A DNA stretch of 38,615 bases from Macrostomum lignano (taxonomy: Eukaryota), in assembly GCA_002269645.1 (NCBI GenBank), contig NIVC01003426.1:1-38615 (forward strand), in the 5' to 3' direction. A program made the translations under genes and the position numbers. Positions 34,117 to 38,615 of the stretch are shown here, one piece after another. Every line of letters begins with the position of its first letter. Position 1 is the first letter of the stretch. Below the pieces are notes generated by a model, which worked only from the letters and a program-made list of their open reading frames with translations, did no database searches and was not told the origin of the DNA.

Positions 34117-35215
34117 CTGAAGCAGGTGCAAAAAACTGCACATTAATACTCATCGCTTGGTTTTTGCATGCGAAAACTTAAGCGTCACATCAATTACTTT
34201 TTGATTGGCCAGATGTTTTTTCCGCGAGATGTGATTGGAGATTGTCCGATCTCATCTGCTTGTTGTTTTGGCAGGCTTGGCCATCTGGTTGCAATTGAAA
34301 TAGAATTTAGCTCTTTTTTATAGTTAATTGTAAATCAACTGTGTAATGATACATAGCATTCTATAATTAATACATCATGATGTAACCGCCCTTGTCGCCC
34401 GTCCGCTCCGTTGGGAGACGAACGCATGACCAGAGGGGACAATGACCGTAGGCTGCCTATGACCGGGCAATGACCTGACGGACCTCCAGCACCAGACTGT
34501 CCCGCCCACATGATTGATAGCTTTGGTAGCGCTTCGTGACCAGAGGGCCAAGGACCCACATGGACCCCACCTGTAGCCAAGGTGCAATAGTTGGTCACTC
34601 GGTCATAGTATGACCGAGTGGCTGCCACCACTCTATGTGACCTGGCGCACCTGGATCTTACTACCAAACCTCTCGAGGCTAGAGCCCCGCCTGGATTGGT
34701 TACCAGGGGATTTGGGCGAACAGGGGAGACACATGCAGCCGAGTACATGGACTCTGCTTGGGGCATGATAGCGAACTCTGGGCTCAATCTAAAGGATTTC
34801 TCAGCAGGAGATCCTTTGTGGCTGTGAGCGAGGCTGATTTGCGGCTTCAATTACTAAGAGTAGTGTGAGGCGAACATGTGCTGTCTATAGTTTAGATTGC
34901 TCAGGGCGAAGGGACGCGTCAGCATGGGGTTGCAACCTTCCTACTGTCATTCTGTGCCAAGACCCGCTAATTCCCTCTACTGCACACACACACGGACCCG
35001 CAGCACTCACACACAGGCGGGCTTTGCACGGGGAGAGCTTACCCAAACTTCCTTATGCTTTGCCACCCCGGGAGAAAGGCTTAGCAAGCCATGAGTGATG
35101 TTAGTTAATAGGTAATAATTAGGCCCTTAGGCAAATTAAGTAACTGAAAAACTTTTCAAACAATTTTTTGAAACGATTAGATAACAAAGATAGCAAATTT
35201 AATCTTTGCTAACCC

Positions 35216-35360
35216 AGCTAGCTGCCCTGCCCCGCCAACCCAGCCGCCCTGCCCCGCCAACCCAGCTGCCCTGCCCCTTATCTAGCTGCCTATCCCCAAC
35301 CTAGCTGCCCTACCCCCCCCCAACACAGCTGCCCTGCCCCCGAAACCTAGCTGCCTATCC
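35216..35360. repeat. C-rich ~20-bp minisatellite
   Basis: Repeated CC(C/T)AGCTGCCCTGCCCC(GCCAA). Confidence 0.85.
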
Positions 35361-35424
35361 CCCAACGATCAAATTATAATCATTTTATCATTTTTCTGTG
35401 CTAACAAATGAGCGCAAGAATGAA

Positions 35425-36717
35425 TTAGTCGGCAAGAACTAAAATTTCTCGATCTTCGTAGAAAACATTTTCTCCTTCACTGCTTCTTGGCCCGCCGAAG
35501 TTCGGCCCTCTGCCTCTTGGGCCGCCAGAGTGCGGCCCCTTGGAATTCGGCCCGCCGAAGTTCGCCCCGCAAGAGTGCGGCTCGCCGGAGTGCGGCCCGC
35601 CGGAGTGCGGCCCACCGGAGTGCGGCCCGCCGGAGTGCGGCCCGCCGGAGTGCGGCCCGCCGTAGTGCGGCCCGCCGAAGTGCGGCCCGCCGGAGTGCGG
35701 CCCGCCGAAGTGCGGTCCCTTGGAGTTCAGCTTGCCGGAGTGCAGCCCGCCGGAAAGCAGCTCGCCGGAGTTCGGCCCTCTGCTTCTTGGGCCGCCAGAG
35801 TGCGGCCCCTTGGAGTTCGGCTTGCCGGAGTTCGGCCCGCCAGAGTGCGGCCCGTCCGGCCAGTTAAGATATTCGAATTGCTCGTTGACTTCGGATTTGC
35901 TGACGTCGCCTGGAACTGGAAAGAAATCAAATATTATGCCTTAGTCATTTGAAATTATTGTATTTTTCTTAACACTTATATTACTTGCCTCATATGAGAA
36001 AACTAATAATTTAGAACGTTAGTAAAACGTTTATGTGGTGAACGAAGAACGAAATGTAGAACAAACGAACAAGTTCGCCATTTAAATTCACAGGTCCTTA
36101 TAGACAAAAATGCAAAAGTTATTTCATCACCTTTAAAGACGGATAACTCAGTCTCAGTGATTAAGGGGAAACAGAAACAGAACATGCTACATGTGTTTTA
36201 ATCTCAAAACACAAACTGATCTCCAGTAAATAAAATTACCTTTATCGCATTGCTTAATGAAGCAGTGCAAATAAAAAAATAACTTAAAAATGTTAGCAAT
36301 GGTAAATGGCCGAGAAGCTTCTAAAAATTTGTTCAATTAGAGCATTATTCATTCAGCAAGAGAAAGCGTGAGACAGTAATTAACCGATTAGAGGTGGCTC
36401 ATACCTCTGCCACTTGCCGCGCCAATTGATGGGGTTCTACGTCTTCTGGGCTGCATGAAAAGTATGGCTGCCTATTCTCGCGGGCCACAATAAAAAAATC
36501 TCCACGATGGGTCCTTGCGAAGCTAAATTTTTGCGATAGGTGACAGCAAGTTTTATAGTGATATAAAAGTGAGTCTGCTAAGCAAATATAAAAATGCTGT
36601 TACCATTTTCTCTATCGTTGAGAGCTTCGGGGCAGTCTTAGCTGCCGTTTGCAGCGAGCCGTTGTTTTTCCGTCTCGCTGAGAGACCTAAACTTGGCTGC
36701 CAACTCCTTCTGTTGAT
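35425..36717 (-). CDS. Multi-exon gene fragment: HMG-box-like exon plus terminal exon with (GGPHS)n repeats
   Basis: Exon 36717-36604 QKELAAKFRSLSETEKQRL (1-nt frameshift); exon 36522-36405 (1-nt frameshift in a T7 run); terminal exon 35909-35425 open for 160 codons after acceptor TTTCTTTCCAGTTCCAG. A linking exon is needed for phase and was not confidently found. Confidence 0.45.
35490..35860. repeat. GC-rich 15-bp minisatellite
   Basis: Unit CCGCCGGAGTGCGGC with variants; an internal ~55-bp block is duplicated at ~35508 and ~35778. Confidence 0.95.
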
Positions 36718-37329
36718 CTGATAATATCAAAATATCATGATATAATAGCATTTAGAAACGAGCATTTTACTGTTTATGGTAAACACGCAGTATTTTATAC
36801 ATATAGGAAATGATTAAATCCTTTTTGCAATACTCTATTTGCAAGAATAAAAAATTCTATGGCACTCCTTAATATCCGCAGGAAAACATAATGTTCAACT
36901 ATTGTTGTTAGTCTTGGTCATATCCTTAAACATGTCATCATGATTGAACAGATCAAATTTAATTTGAGAATCATATATAAATAATTTCTTCATATAATTA
37001 GCTTGTATTCAATAGTGATTTTAGATAAGAGAAACTGGTATTACTACATACAAAATTGACGAAATTAGCCAAATTAAAGTTTTACTTAGACGATTTCGGA
37101 CACTTCTAAATCTGCGCGAAAATGCGTGGCGCAACAGCCAAATTACCGGGGTGACATCGATCGAGCAAAATGCTTTTTATTTGTTATTCGGACAAAAAAT
37201 ATTTACACTCTCAGTAAACGCAAAGGTAATGTGCCGCTTGGATAGAATAAATTTTTGCAGCTACGCAAAAACAACTGAAGTAATGCGCGCAACATAGAGC
37301 TGCCCGCAGAAACTTCGCTACACAGCAAC

Positions 37330-37700
37330 TACAAACCGCTGGTACAGAACTGCGCATCGCCAGGGTGTAAGTCCCACGAACACGTATCACTTCAGACAAT
37401 CGTTCAGGTCACAATAATGTTTATTAAATTACTCTCACTTTGCCTCTGTTCGCTAAGGTCGTCGCGGAACCGGTGATAGCACACGGAGCATCGATCGTCC
37501 TCCGCTTGAGCCAGTGGTCACTGCAGCCGAAGCCTGGCAGCATTTATCTGATCCTTGCAAAATAGAATATCTTTTCTGGCATTCCAAATCCCAAATGGCT
37601 TTCATAAACGCACAGTTCCCCGTTGGAAAGCCGAATACAAAGTGCGGCGTCAGCGTTAGCTGACTCGCATGTACGCACCATGCATGAGAGTGATGCTTCT
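37330..37700 (-). pseudogene. Decayed PHD-finger-like coding remnant
   Basis: AEDDRCSVCYHRFRDDL followed, after a frameshift, by YCDLNDCLK*Y..VGL...FC, where the TGA sits at the position of the conserved Trp. Confidence 0.35.
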
Positions 37701-37817
37701 GATGTAAATAATGATGCTTATTATCTTTTTTGATAATACCGAAACGAAACAATCTTTTAAGTTTCGAACATAAATAGAGACAGTACACAGGGGCACAGTG
37801 GGAGCCTGGAAGTGGTT

Positions 37818-38385
37818 GCCATGGAAGGGGTAGCCTGGGAGGAGTAGCCTGGAAGGGCTGCCTGGGAAGGGTAGAGTAGGAGGGGAGCCTGAGGGGCTGT
37901 CTGGGGGGATGCCTAGGAGAGGTAGAGTGGCAGGGGTAGCCTGGGAGGGTTAGCCTAGGAGGGTTGCCTAGGAGAGGTAGCCTGGGAAGGGTATAGTGGG
38001 AGGGGTAAACTCGACGGGATAGCTTTGGATAGCTCCCTGGGAAGGGTATCCTGGGAGTGTTAGCCTGGGAGGGCTGCCTGGGAAGGGTAGCCAGGAAGGA
38101 TTGCCTGGAGAGGTAGCCTAGAAAGGGTAGCCTGGGAAGGGTAGCCTGGTAAGGGTAGCCTGGGAAGGGTAGCCTGGTAAGGGTAGCCTGGGAAGGGTAG
38201 CCTGGGAGGGATAGAATGGGAGGAAGCCTGATGGGTTTAATAGAAGGGTAGCCATTAAGTGGTAGCCTAGTAGGGCTGTCTGGGAAGGGTAGCAGCCTAA
38301 GAGAGGTTGAATGGGAAGGGTAGCCTGGGAAGGCTGTCTGGGAGGGGTAGAGTAGGAGGGGTAGCCTAGAGGGAAGGCTGCCTTG
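37818..38385. repeat. G-rich ~14-nt minisatellite
   Basis: Unit GGGTAGCCTGGGAA with many degenerate copies. Confidence 0.92.
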
Positions 38386-38615
38386 AACCATGTCATGGCT
38401 ACCATGTCAAACATTAAAGAGCCACCATGTCAAACATATACGTGACTCCATGTCAAACATCAAACATAAAAGAGACACCGTTTAAAACATAAAAAGTGTC
38501 ACGCCAAAAAAATGGAGCCACTATAAAATTAAGGAAATTGTTGCACTAGCTAATTTTTCTCTGGTGGATGCTTGCTATTTAAGGATGGATACTTGCTATC
38601 TGAGGGTTGCTTGAT

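Noticed and set aside
35487-35952. Plus-strand ORFs (RSAAR, RPAGV and PPECG repeats)
   Set aside because: By-products of a stop-free 15-mer; only the minus frame has a splice acceptor and sensible non-repeat flanks.
37453-38414. Long Pro/Leu-rich ORFs (312 aa and 98 aa)
   Set aside because: Mostly translation of the G-rich minisatellite; the HAWCVHASQL/TGNCAFMKA resemblance to hAT motifs is in the wrong order.

Overview
Eukaryotic (animal, probably invertebrate; inferred from ~100-200 nt GT-AG introns, a CORE-type SINE and Mag-like Gypsy) repeat-rich DNA with no recognisable ordinary host gene. Mobile elements: a nearly complete Ty3/Gypsy retrotransposon (one pol frameshift, 3' LTR only), a mariner 5' fragment, a hAT-type MITE with TSD, a 3'-truncated piggyBac, a tRNA-derived CORE-SINE with a 10-bp TSD, a degenerate KDZ/CxC3-like transposase segment and a Polinton-type PLA2-like remnant. 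There are several tandem repeats (69, 183, 23, 18 and 15 bp units; (GA)n). Between them lie minus-strand genes or gene remnants with chromatin-type domains, mostly missed by the ORF track because they are spliced: a PR-Set7/KMT5A-like SET methyltransferase with intact catalytic motifs, a 5-exon DUF4806-type gene, an HMG-like exon, a (GGPHS)n terminal exon and a decayed PHD-like finger. The most unusual structure is a pair of diverged 99-bp hairpin elements with AGTAGT termini (16613-16711, 32169-32267). Each almost exactly fills a predicted minus-strand GT-AG intron, and they show compensatory stem changes. All family assignments come from motif recognition by eye; no searches were run.
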